NCBI GenBank assembly: GCA_964016885.1
Contig: OZ024742.1
Span: 261,020,001 to 261,084,000 of the forward strand
DNA: 64,000 nucleotides
Direction of reading: 5' to 3'
Source of the DNA: Eledone cirrhosa
Lineage: Eukaryota
The notes under the pieces are model-generated. The model saw nothing but the letters and a program-made list of their open reading frames with translations. It was not told the DNA's origin and did no database searches. Shown in pieces: positions 25,075 to 40,304 of this stretch (the stretch's first letter is position 1; the number at the start of each line of letters is the position of its first letter). The position numbers and the translations under genes were made by a program.

Positions 25075-27250
25075 TCAAAATATACGACCAGAGCGAGAGA
25101 AAGAAAAAAGGTAAATAAAAGCGACCATTATTTCACCACCAACTGCGACAATAGGTCGCGCATCACAAGGGTCAACGGAAACTTTTGAAGCAACCCAATA
25201 CACTCGCAGCATTACTGCGGGTGATGGTGAGGCTAACGCACTGAAACAACCAGACACGCGCACGGACGTCACTTGAAACCTCAGTAAGGCAAGCTGCTAA
25301 CGATGATAAGGACTTCACTGTCAGCAGTCCAATTCGAACAAACAGGCTGGAAAAAATAATTGTGTCAGGTGAAGCAACCAGCATTCAGGCAGCAGGATAA
25401 ACCATGGAGACCTGTGAAGTCGAGGGAACTACTACAGTGACATCTCAGACCCTCACAGACATCAGCTTGCACTAGGAGTTCAATGGAGATGCGGAGCTAG
25501 TCCTGACTGAGAAGACCACCAATGTTGGCCCCAAGCAGGGCACCAATCCAGCTCCCCAAGAATTTTGTGCTTGCAGAAAGTAAGCGGGACCTAGAAAATT
25601 GATAAGAATGACCAAACAGAGTTAAACGTTTCGCTCGAATGTAGATTGTTCCATACTCTCTGCTTCCCTCTATCCTTGTCAGTATCAGGAACTGACAAAC
25701 CCAGCTCTCTCTACTGTAGTAAAGCTTCATCCATCTCCCTGGTGGAACTAGTCCTTGTTGAAAGGAGAGGATGTCACCCACTAAAGTAGAGCAAGCATGG
25801 ATGGAGGAAAGAAAGTAAGGTAGAGACAAAGACGAACGTTTATGCAGACCAAAACCACGAAACCGTTTAGGCAAAGCATCCTGGTCGCAGGACTCTGGAG
25901 AGTCGGACATTGACCAGGCCCTCGATCTCACTGAATATTAAGTCGTCAAAGCATTGGAGAGATGACAAGAATTTGAAGAGGGACTAACTAAGGAAATATC
26001 ACAACTTAGGAATTGACAAATAATTCCTAAGTATAAAAATCCTTGGTGAGGCTCAATGGCTTCAAGGTTTTTTAAAACTTAGATCGAAAGATGGACTCGA
26101 AGGCTTAGTCACTAATTGGGACTCCAAGGGGGCACCATGCTGATGAGGGAGGAACTGCGATAGAGGGGAAGGACTGTTGACCTAAACATGTCAACAGTCT
26201 GCTGAAATGAAGCTGGGTGGTTGAGAGGCCAGAGCTTACATTTGGAACTTGACATGAAGGCCCCTACAACCAAGTTCCTCAATCATCATCTTTGCAGTTG
26301 CAAAGACCTTATCTGGAGGAACCCCCAAACAAGCATCATTCAGATACCAGACATTCAAATCCAGGTCAGCTCCCATCCTGGTGACATCATCAATGCCCAG
26401 TGTGAAAAGAGCAGGTCACTATGTTGGCAGATAGGATGAAATGGTTACTGAAGGCGAGGTAGGAGGGTTCCTGTTAGGCTTGCCAAGCAAAGTGGTAAAG
26501 CTAAGGAGCCCTCTCCTTTACTGAACAGAGGATGACATCCTGACTGATGGAATTGAAAGCATTCCTGAGATCTAGCTTGAGGATAACCTGAGGTGTTTTA
26601 GAAGGCAAGTTGGTAAATGTTCTGGTGGCATGAGCAGCAGCCTCACAGCCCAGCTTGGTACCCACTCCTAGCTGAATAGGGGAAAATTCAGTGGTCAGGC
26701 AGTCTGAAATCAAGAACAGACATAATTTCGCAGTGAGCTGTCGCAGTGTACATTCAACTGTTATGCGGCGGAGGTCACCAATGAGCTTTGTGAGGCCAAA
26801 CAGTTTAGCTCCCCCAAAACAGGGGGCGAATATAAGGGAGGATCTCGATGAGAGCAGGTTAATGAACTGGGTAAAGTCCTCCAAGACCTCAAGGCTGGCA
26901 TCTCTGTCTGAGAAGAGTACACCATCCTTGAGGTGCTGAAGTCATAGATCAATCCCTGTACCAGAACCTGCAGGAAAGGATATAATCACCTTCCTGATGT
27001 TATCTAGGGTGAAGACAGGTTGTAAATAACTTGGTGGATGGGGCCAGTGTATGTGGTCATCTGGAGGAGCCAGAGGATGTTTCTCCCTCAATCAACTGAT
27101 TGAATCAGTAGCACACTGGGTAAGGGATGACAGAGAGGAGAGGAGGTGAACAGCCCCTTTAATGTCAAATTCATTGAATTTGGCATTGACAATCTTCTAT
27201 AAGTTCGGTGATCGTCCATTAATATGAACTGAGTTGATCATTGACCTGAG
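25075..27250 (-). mobile_element. degenerate CRE-clade (RLE) non-LTR retrotransposon
   Basis: GAKLFGLTK..GDLRRITV, PIQLGVG..GCEAAAH, LKLDLRNAFNSI; RLE remnant near 25200. Confidence 0.85.
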
Positions 27251-28229
27251 ATGAGTAGTATATATATAAAAGTACATATAAACCTGTGGAGCAAATATTT
27301 ATTATTAGAATAGATTAAAGTTTAAGGAAAGAATTTCTGCTTTCACCCTATACAGAATCTTCTGAAACTGAGAAAAATCAATCTGTAGCCGTAGAAGTAA
27401 ATATTTTTAAAAACGTTACAACCAAAAAGATAACAGAGAGACATAATGGTGGTACGTGAAGACATTCTCTTGCGATGGGTGAAAAATATGTAAGGATAAT
27501 TATGTCATGTGGAGCAAGAACAATTTCTTGCTATGAAAATATCCAGGAGACTAATATTCTTTTTAGAATAACCGAATGATTTCCAGTTACCATGTATGGA
27601 AAATGATGTTAATAAAAGTAAAATGATTAAATGAAAAAAATCTGAAGTTGTTAATAATAGTAAAAGTAATAATAATGAGAGCTTTAATAGTAGTGGTATA
27701 TGTTGACCTGTGTGGATGCATGGGTAAGCAAGGATATAGTGTATAAAAACATGTACATATACACATGTACATGTGTGCATGTACACATGTAAGCACATGT
27801 ATGTTTATATGTGCGCACACAAATGTATACATACATATTCGCATATATTATACATACATGCGTGCATCTATGTATATACATTTGCATAAATATTCAATAT
27901 ACACATACACATACATGTGCATTCACCTACTTACAAATGATATGCATAATGCATATATATAGATATATCAAAGGTATATATTGAGTTAGGAACTCAAAAT
28001 AGTCTCTTACAACAAAATAGCTCTAAGAAAGAGATATTTCCGAGCCGTATATTATAATTGAATATAAAAGAAAAATGAACACAGATATATACATATATGT
28101 GTTCAAATCGCAAGGGACCAGATTCGCTAAGGTAAAAAGAATACTAACTATAGACAATAGGGTTTGCCAGACTCAATTTAAGAATAAATCAAGAAAATAA
28201 ATACAAACCGGAATTGTGGTAACTACCAA

Positions 28230-28310
28230 TCACCCAGACAGCGTTTGGCTATACTGTTTCACAAAATTAATTGTGAAGAGGAATACCGATTCTTGCTCAT
28301 CAGTGGGTGA
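28230..28310 (-). ncRNA. type I hammerhead ribozyme
   Basis: tcaccca CTGATGA gcaa..ttgt GAAA cagt..gctg TC tgggtga. Confidence 0.85.
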
Positions 28311-28704
28311 AGAATATTAGTATCCTGGACACTTCTAAGTATATTAAAAAACTGAATAGTGTGCATATATAATAACGCACATGGTATCTGAACTTAGCGT
28401 GTCTCACAAACTTACACCACTAAAACTAGCAGCCAGGTTTACTCGACATTTGAATTAGCTCAACAAATTAACGGAGCCGAATATATCAAAGGTATATATT
28501 GAGTTAGAAACTCAATATATATCAAAGGTATATATATTGAGTTAGAAACTCAAAATAGTCTCTTACAACAAAAGTTCTAGGAAAGAGAATTTTCCAAGCC
28601 GTGTATTATAATTGAATATACGGCTCGGAAAAATCGTTTTATTATATATAGCACACTATTCAGTTTTTTAATATACTTAGAAGTGTCCAGGATACTAATA
28701 TTCT

Positions 28705-28784
28705 TCACCCACTGATGAGCAAGCATCGGTATTCCTCTTCACAATTAATTTTGCGAAACAGCTGACCAAACGCTGTCTGGGTGA
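28705..28784 (+). ncRNA. type I hammerhead ribozyme
   Basis: tcaccca CTGATGA gcaa..ttgc GAAA cagc..gctg TC tgggtga; canonical core, GUC triplet, all three stems. Confidence 0.92.
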
Positions 28785-29026
28785 TTGGTAGTTACCACAA
28801 TTCCGGTTTGTATTTATTTTCTTGATTTATTCTTAAATTGAGTCTGGCAAACCCTATTGTCTATAGTTAGTATTCTTTTTACCTTAGCGAATCTGGTCCC
28901 TTGCGATTTGAACACATATATGTATATATCTGTGTTCGTTTTTCTTTTATATTCAATTATAATAGATATATATGAAAAGATTCAGGACCCCAATGGCTGA
29001 GCTCCGGCTGTTTTGACAGCTAGATC

Positions 29027-29080
<54 letters not shown>

Positions 29081-29358
29081 ATGTAAAAGAAAGATGTTTA
29101 TTGGTTGGTTGGTTGGCTGGTTGGTTGAATCACATGAAAACTACACAGACACACACATACACAAATACATACACACACATCTAAAGTTAGAGAGACATAG
29201 AGGGAGAGGCAGAAATAGAGAGATAGGCCGTTATACAGAGAGAGAGAGATACAATTAAAGTGTTAGATATTCAGAGAGAGAGAGAGAGTAATGTCCCATG
29301 AAAGTTTAGCAACAGCTTAAACTATAGATCCTTTGATCTATAGGTAGATTTAACAATA

Positions 29359-29396
29359 CTAGCAGAAAAACCACCCTTCGGGTGGTTTTCTGCTAG
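29359..29396. repeat. palindrome resembling Helitron 3' ends on both strands
   Basis: ctagcagaaaaaccaccc-ttc-gggtggttttctgctag. Confidence 0.55.
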
Positions 29397-30229
29397 CATG
29401 TGTAGTGTGCATATTAATATTAGCCTTGCCATCACCCGAGGTAACACTGCAAGTGTGCTGGCTTGCCCCAAAAAGCATTAGAGAGGTTGCCCAGTACTCC
29501 TCACTGCTGTCTTTTGCTCTGGTGGCGGCTCAGTTGTTTACCCCTTCCTTTACATTTTCTTTAGTATTGCAACATTAAAGGAATATATCCTCCTTATAGA
29601 ATCGCAAGCAATTTATAATGTTATCTAAGCATTTGTAATGTTATTTATGTATATATTTAAAACATATTTGTTATGTTATTCTACTGTAAATTTATTTATA
29701 TGCTTTGTATATATCATATGTGTTCATATTTTCACTCCCATTTGTAACGTTATTTAATAAAATAAAAATATATATGCATGTAGATATACATCAAATAAAA
29801 TCGTAATTGACAATATACTCAGAAATTGAACGGAGACTGTGTTACACTCTCTTATGTAATCAGTAACGTAATCCATGATACATTAAAAAAAGAGGATATT
29901 ATATATAAACTGCATTAGGATATAATTAGTGACGGAAATATATGAATGTTTATTTAAACGATTGCTAACCGGAAGTGTTGAGATTTGAAAATTTTAAAGA
30001 AGTGAATCTTTAAATAAACAATAAAATATATTTAATCAACAGCTACGAAATTTAGTAGATAAATTATGTAATATTCATTCATTATTTATTCAAAGTAATC
30101 CGACTTATTTTACGAACTGGATTAAAAGACATAAACCGTACACAGTCCCGCACTCCTTACTTTATTATAGTTTAGATTGCGTTAGCTTTTACAAAGTCGT
30201 TTTAGTCTTTGATTTTTTAGAACAAAGAA

Positions 30230-30589
30230 AAATTGATACTATTTGAAATTAATCTACCCTCCAGCTTTTATCCATAAACTACTCACAGTCCGTATTAATG
30301 AAGCAACAATTCAGAAACAATGTTATGCGGCATATTGCTGTGTTTCAGATGACATCCTTTGGAGCTGAAAAAGATCATACTGACTATGGTTATTTCCCAT
30401 TTAAAATCCAAGGCCAATGTTACCATTTAATTGGCAGTTTACTCCCCCAGCCTAACAAAGAAGTTTTATGAGTTTTTTTATGTCTCTCTCTTACACACAC
30501 TCACATTACTATCTCACCTCATACCAGACAACACATCCAATACAGTCGTTTTCTCAGTTCTCCCAGGCGAAGCCGGGTATCTCAGCTAG
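30230..30589 (+). mobile_element. internally deleted Helitron
   Basis: 30310-30469 encodes FQMTSFGA...FKIQGQCYHLIGSLLP (Helitron Rep N-terminal motif); 3' hairpin cccaggcgaagccggg plus CTAG; 5' end not defined. Confidence 0.8.
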
Positions 30590-30604
30590 TATATATATAT
30601 ATTC

Positions 30605-31125
30605 TTTTTCAATGTGGTCTAGCCTTCGTGGTAGGGTCCGTACCGTAGATAGAACTCTATGTAACCTGATAGTGAGTAATCCAGTGAAATCCATAGAAAG
30701 GTTCCGTGTTCCGCTTCTTCAGAAAGATTGTTTCCGAAGAAGGCAGTCTGATCGGACCTGTATATTATGTCTGATAGTATACAGTTATATAACTGCTATT
30801 GATCAGTCAATATGTCAATACGATCAACCCTTCGAAACGATTGTAAAACAATGATATGAATAGGTAAAATAACTTGACTTTGTTATTATTTTCATTGTTA
30901 GATTTATATATATATACTTTTCAATGTGGCCTTCGTGGTAGGGTCTATACCGTAGAAAGTACAAAGAACTCAATGTAATCCATTAGCGAGTAATCCAGTG
31001 AAATCTATTGAACGGTTCCGTGTTCTGCTGAGTCAATCCTTTAGATACAGAGTCTGATATATAAGATATTATTTTAACAATGAAAAATAACTTGACTTTG
31101 TTATTGTTTTCATTGTTAAAATAAT
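30605..31125 (+). mobile_element. retrozyme-like partial tandem repeat (~310-bp monomer)
   Basis: blocks repeat at ~30605/30918 and ~30866/31084; (TA)n flanks. Confidence 0.7.
30727..30852 (+). ncRNA. type I hammerhead variant with long stem II
   Basis: attgttt CCGAAGA ...tgatcg...cgatca... GAAA cgattg TA aaacaat; perfect 7-bp stem I. Confidence 0.7.
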
Positions 31126-31676
31126 ATCTTATATATATATAAGGTAAACGAGATATCATTTTGGGTTACCTTAGCTCAGGTTTAGAGAAATCTGTACTGA
31201 GAAGTGTTTCAGCGTACGGTGGTAGTTGACTCAACAAGATGTTTACTATGGTAGGTTGGTAGAAGGGTAGTTCCATGCTTTGCTCCGTGATCAGTGGTTC
31301 TTGCAGTAGTTACAAGAGGTCGATAAGTAACATTTCCGAGACAGTTATGGGTGGAAGGGAGTGGACTGAAAAAAATGTATATTTTTTATTTAGATGTCTG
31401 CTCCCTTCTAAATTTCAGAACTTCCTGACAGCTCTACACAGAGGTGTGGGTGGCTGACCACTCAACCACCACCCAGAATACTACTAACCTTATTTGTTCT
31501 CTCTAGCTACCAGTCCCCCACCACTTCAGCCAACAACACTATACAGTCAGTGGGAGTTCAATTCAGCCAAATTAGAAATTTTAATATAACTTATTAAAAT
31601 GGAATAACTAAAAAGCTCTGTAGCCTACAGAGAGCACTCTCTTTTCCTTTACCCTTCCTATGGAAATACTTCACTT

Positions 31677-31830
31677 ATGTCTCTCCACCACTCCCCTACA
31701 CCCTTTTCCTTTCGCTATATGTCTCTCCACCACTCCCCTACACCCGTTTCCTTTTGCTATATGTCTCTCCACCACTCCCCTACACCCGTTTCCTTTCGCT
31801 ATATGTCTCTCCACCACTCCCCTACACACC
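31677..31830. repeat. 39-bp tandem repeat, 4 copies
   Basis: tatgtctctccaccactcccctacacccgtttcctttcgc units. Confidence 0.9.
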
Positions 31831-31858
31831 CTTTGAACTCTGTTCCCACACACTTCTC

Positions 31859-31890
31859 ACCTGAGGAAGGGCTTATGCCCGAAACGTCGT
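31859..31890 (+). ncRNA. minimal Penelope-type hammerhead motif
   Basis: CTGAGGA A GGGC ttat GCCC GAAA CG TC; stem I only 2 bp. Confidence 0.65.
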
Positions 31891-31979
31891 TCCCCACCAC
31901 CACCCCCACTCTCCAGAGCGTGAAATTAATAAACATTCGTTGTACTGCCTCTCTGTTTTGTTCCTGTTCAAATTTTTCC

Positions 31980-32023
<44 letters not shown>

Positions 32024-32228
32024 ATTACCAATATGCTATGCCTTCCTCAGACAAAATACAATATAAACAGTCTACAACCAAATCAACCTTCTCAAATGCA
32101 AGTAGATGTTGTTACGGTATGTCGAATATGTCGAGTATGTCGGTGTGTCGAGTGTGTCGAGTGCTTTTATATCAGTTATAAATATTTACTAGTTGTAACA
32201 CAACAATTTAAATATAACTTTCCATATA

Positions 32229-32374
<146 letters not shown>

Positions 32375-32805
32375 GAGGCACATGGCTTAGTGGTTAGAGC
32401 ATTGGCCTTGCAATCGAAAGGTTGTGAGTTCAATTCTCAGACCAGGGTGATGTGCTGTTTCCTTGAGCAAGACACTTTATTTCACATTGCTCCAGTTTAC
32501 TCAGCTGTAGAAATGAGATGATAGGGACTGGGGTCCCTATCATTCCACTGCAAAGTGGTTGTGGAGCTGCCACGGCAAAAAAGCATCCAGCACTCGCTGT
32601 AAATGAGGTTGGTGTTAAGATGGGCATCCAGTTGTAGCAATCAAGTCAGAATCAGTTCCCGTCCCACCCTTGCAAGCAGGGAAAAGCGGACGTAAAATGA
32701 TGATGATGATGATATGAATATATATATATAAATATATGAATATATATATATATATATGAATATATATATATATATATGAATATATATATATATATGAATA
32801 TATAT

Positions 32806-33305
32806 CATCATCATCATCACCGTTTTACGTCCGTTCTTCCACGCTAGCATGGGTTAGACGGGTTGTCCTGTTGTGGGCAGTGTCTGGTCGACTGACCATG
32901 CCTTGCTCATAAAGGAACTGATTTGGCTTGATTTCTACAGTTGGATCCCATTCCTAACACCAACCTCATTTACAGTGAGTGCTGGGTGCTTTTTCGTGGC
33001 GCCTACACGTCCACTTTACAGTGTGGGCTGGGTGCTTTTTTGCCGTGGCACCTCCACGACGACCTTGCAGTGGGAGGGTGTGGGGGCATATTGTCTATAT
33101 GCTTCAGCTTGTACCCATGGGAGGTCAGGTACTCTGTATTACTGCGTGACGCCAGAGGTCACGGTCGTGTGTCATCGCCTTTGAGAGGTGTAATTGGGTA
33201 AGGTCGGCTTTTATCACCTCATCCCAGGTCATCTTGGGTCTCCCCACTCCGCGGTTTCCATCGACTTCTAGTGCTCTGCACCTTTTTATGCAGCTGTCAT
33301 CCTTA
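32806..33305 (-). mobile_element. RTE family B 3' fragment
   Basis: KDDSCIKRCRALEVDGNRGVGRPK; (GAT)n tail. Confidence 0.8.
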
Positions 33306-34639
33306 AAATACGTAGTTAATAAAGCCACAACAATGCAGAGGGAAATCTCGAGGTAGGAAGTGAAAGATAGATAGCAAAAACAGGTGAAAGTGAAAATTGA
33401 GAGAGACAAAGATGAAAACAAAACAAAGGTAGAAGGGTTACCGTAGTGGAGATTTAATCCCAATATTTCGGGCTCACGCCCATCAACGGGGGAAAGTTCC
33501 AAAAGGGGGGGAACAGGCCAAGCGGAGAAAGTTGTGATGTCGTTAAGACAGGAATGCCGTTATGGGGAGAAAATTATTTAAAATTTAAACGAGGGAAAGA
33601 ATGCGCGTGCGCGTGATAGGCTGTGGCAAAAGCTACTGACCAAATGGGTTAAATCAAGAGGGTGCGCTAGCGTGTGAAAGCCGTAAGATATGTGTGTGTA
33701 AGTATATATGTGTGTGTAACTGTGTGTGTATAAGCGTAAGTGTGTATATGTGTGTGTGTGTGTGTGAAAGATAGTGGGCTGTAGAAGCTGGAAATCAAAG
33801 GGTGTGAAAGGTGGTAGGTTGTAAGACATGTGTGCGTGTATAAATATAGATGTGTGTGTGTAAGCGTATGGGTATACATGTGTGTGTAACTGTGTGTGTA
33901 TATGTGTGAGTGCGTTTGTGTGTGAAATATAGTGGGCTGTAGAAGCTGGAAATCAAAGGGTGTGAAAGGTGGTAGGTTGTAAAAACATGTGTGCGTGTAT
34001 AACTATAGATGTGTGTGTGTATGCGTATGGGTATGCATATACGTGCGTGTGTGTGAAGATAGCAGGCCGTAGGCTGTGAATGGTCACTATGGTTAAGTTA
34101 GCCATGTCAGCTCATTTCTCTCAGCCCGGTTGTTAAGTGGGGGTCTGAGGTTCTTAATAACAAGTGCTTCCTTTATCCTTAAGGATCCGATGCTGCGTTC
34201 AGTCGCTAGGACTGTGACCAAGGGTATACCCTGTGGGTTTCCGCATTTAAGGATGTGTTTACGGAAGGAAGATGCGTTGGTGTTGATATGTTCCTTTATG
34301 CGAACATGTAGGGGTCGGATGGTGCTACCTATGTAAAACTTGTTACATTTATCGCATTGAATCTTATATATGACATAGGTGCGTAGGCAATCTGCCCCCC
34401 GTATCGGGCAGTTGCTGAGGGAACACGTCCCATCTGACTCGTCGGGTTTGTTGGAGAGGCATCTTCGCAGCGAAGGTCCTGTGTGGGCCAAATGTATGTC
34501 AAGTCCCTCCGTCCGTATGGCCCTGCGGATGGCGTTCGTGGTATATTCACTCAGGTGGGGATTTTAAAGAAGCACCTGCTATTATTTAATTTTCTAGTGG
34601 GTGTCTGTCTATTGGGTCTGGGGTCTCTAATTCCGTTAA

Positions 34640-34640
<1 letters not shown>
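33306..34640 (-). mobile_element. Penelope-like element 3' fragment (GIY-YIG and 3' UTR)
   Basis: ORF 34093-34491: YVIYKIQCDKCNKFYIGSTIRPLHVRIKEH...KEAL..PPLN. Confidence 0.9.
33458..33493 (-). ncRNA. minimal hammerhead with mutated core in the PLE 3' UTR
   Basis: tccc CCGTTGA t gggc gtga gccc GAAA ta TT ggga. Confidence 0.6.
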
Positions 34641-38285
<3,645 letters not shown>

Positions 38286-38858
38286 ATCATCATCATCATT
38301 ATCATCAGGTTTAGCGTCCGTGTTCCACGCTTGCATGGGTTTGGACGGGGGTTTTCCCACTTGAGGCAAGAGTGGTTGTCTTGCTCGCATAGGACTGTCT
38401 GGCGGGTTTTCTACAGTTGGATGCCCTTCCTAACACCAACCACATTTACAGTGTGGGGCTGGGAGGTTTTTACCGTGTTGCCTACACGGCCACATTTACA
38501 GCGTGGACTGTGTGTTTTTTTACGTGACACCTACACGATCTCATTTGTTTCGGCCTGGATGTTGTGGGACCAACATAACTGTACATTGAAAGGGGCGGTG
38601 TGGATGGGGTGGAGGTGGTGGGACGGGGGGGTGTTTTGATAGATGCCTACTGACTGTAGTAGGTTTTTACTTTGTATTTAGGTAAGGCGGGTCTTCTCTA
38701 TTACTGAGTACCGCCAAAGGTCTCGGTCCAGTGACATTGTCTTGGAGAGGTGTAAGCGTGTGAGGTCGGAATTTATCAGCTCGTCCCATGTTTTTCTGGG
38801 TCTGCCTACTCCGTGGCTACCGTCTATCTTTATTGCCCTGCACTTTGTTATACAGCTC

Positions 38859-38860
<2 letters not shown>
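38286..38860 (-). mobile_element. RTE family B 3' end
   Basis: [19 protein letters not shown]...EKTRLT*, 3' UTR, GAT tail. Confidence 0.9.
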
Positions 38861-39500
<640 letters not shown>

Positions 39501-39501
39501 T

Positions 39502-39683
39502 CACGGTAAAAACCTCCCAGCCCCACACTGTAAATGTGGTTGGTGTTAGGAAGGGCATCCAGCTGTAGAAAACCCGCCAGACAGTCCTATGCGAGCAAGA
39601 CAACCACTCTTGCCTCAAGTGGGAAAACCCCCGTCCAAACCCATGCAAGCGTGGAACACGGACGCTAAACATGATGATGATGA
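39502..39683 (+). mobile_element. RTE family B 3' UTR, inverted relative to 38286-38480
   Basis: near-identical reverse complement; GAT tail. Confidence 0.9.
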
Positions 39684-39950
39684 TATATATATATACACAT
39701 ATATATATATATATACATATATATATATCGTTTCTGAATTTGTTTAGCAAGATTCTTTATCTGAAATCGTGTGTTGAAACCGATATTGTTATACTTTGGG
39801 AGGGTCATGTTGCCAATAAGAAACACACGCACCAGTTGCTTTCACTTCAATTTATTATATATTTATAAATTCATAAATTTACAAATCTACAAACTTATAA
39901 ATTTCTGGTTGGTTGGTTGGTTCCACAACCAGATAGTTGTCTATATATAT

Positions 39951-39995
39951 AGTCATAGTCCTTTCGTCACACACTCTGTGACCTCTTCAGTGACT
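39951..39995 (-). ncRNA. minimal type I hammerhead in the PLE 3' UTR
   Basis: agtca CTGAAGA g gtcaca..tgtgac GAAA ggac TA tgact. Confidence 0.8.
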
Positions 39996-40304
39996 GGGGA
40001 TTCCTTTCTTCGTTTCTGTGCCTTTCCTTTCTTCTATCCTACGCCATTTTGTTTCTGTGTGTGTGTTGTGTGCTCAGTTTGCGCATGCGCCACATCCGGG
40101 TGTCTGTGTGTGTTTGTGTTCATTTTTAAATTTTTCTATTTATATTTTTCTATTTGTTTATTTATTTATTTATTTATTGTTGGTTGGTTGTTTGTTCTAT
40201 GTGTGTGTGTGTGTTTTCATTTTGTCCTGTGTGTGTTTTCATTTTGTGTGTGTTTTCAATTGTAAGTTGTTTGTTCTATGTGTGTGTGTGTTTTCATTTT
40301 GTCC

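Larger units (their letters stand above)
27963..28962. mobile_element. hammerhead-bearing retrozyme-like element (~520-bp monomer plus inverted arm)
   Basis: direct repeat 27963/28481; inverted arms ~28051-28375 and ~28640-28962. Confidence 0.85.

Noticed and set aside
31677-31830. CRISPR-like periodicity (also 13740-13878 and 49880-49945)
   Set aside because: Units are tandem with no unique spacers; eukaryotic context, no cas genes
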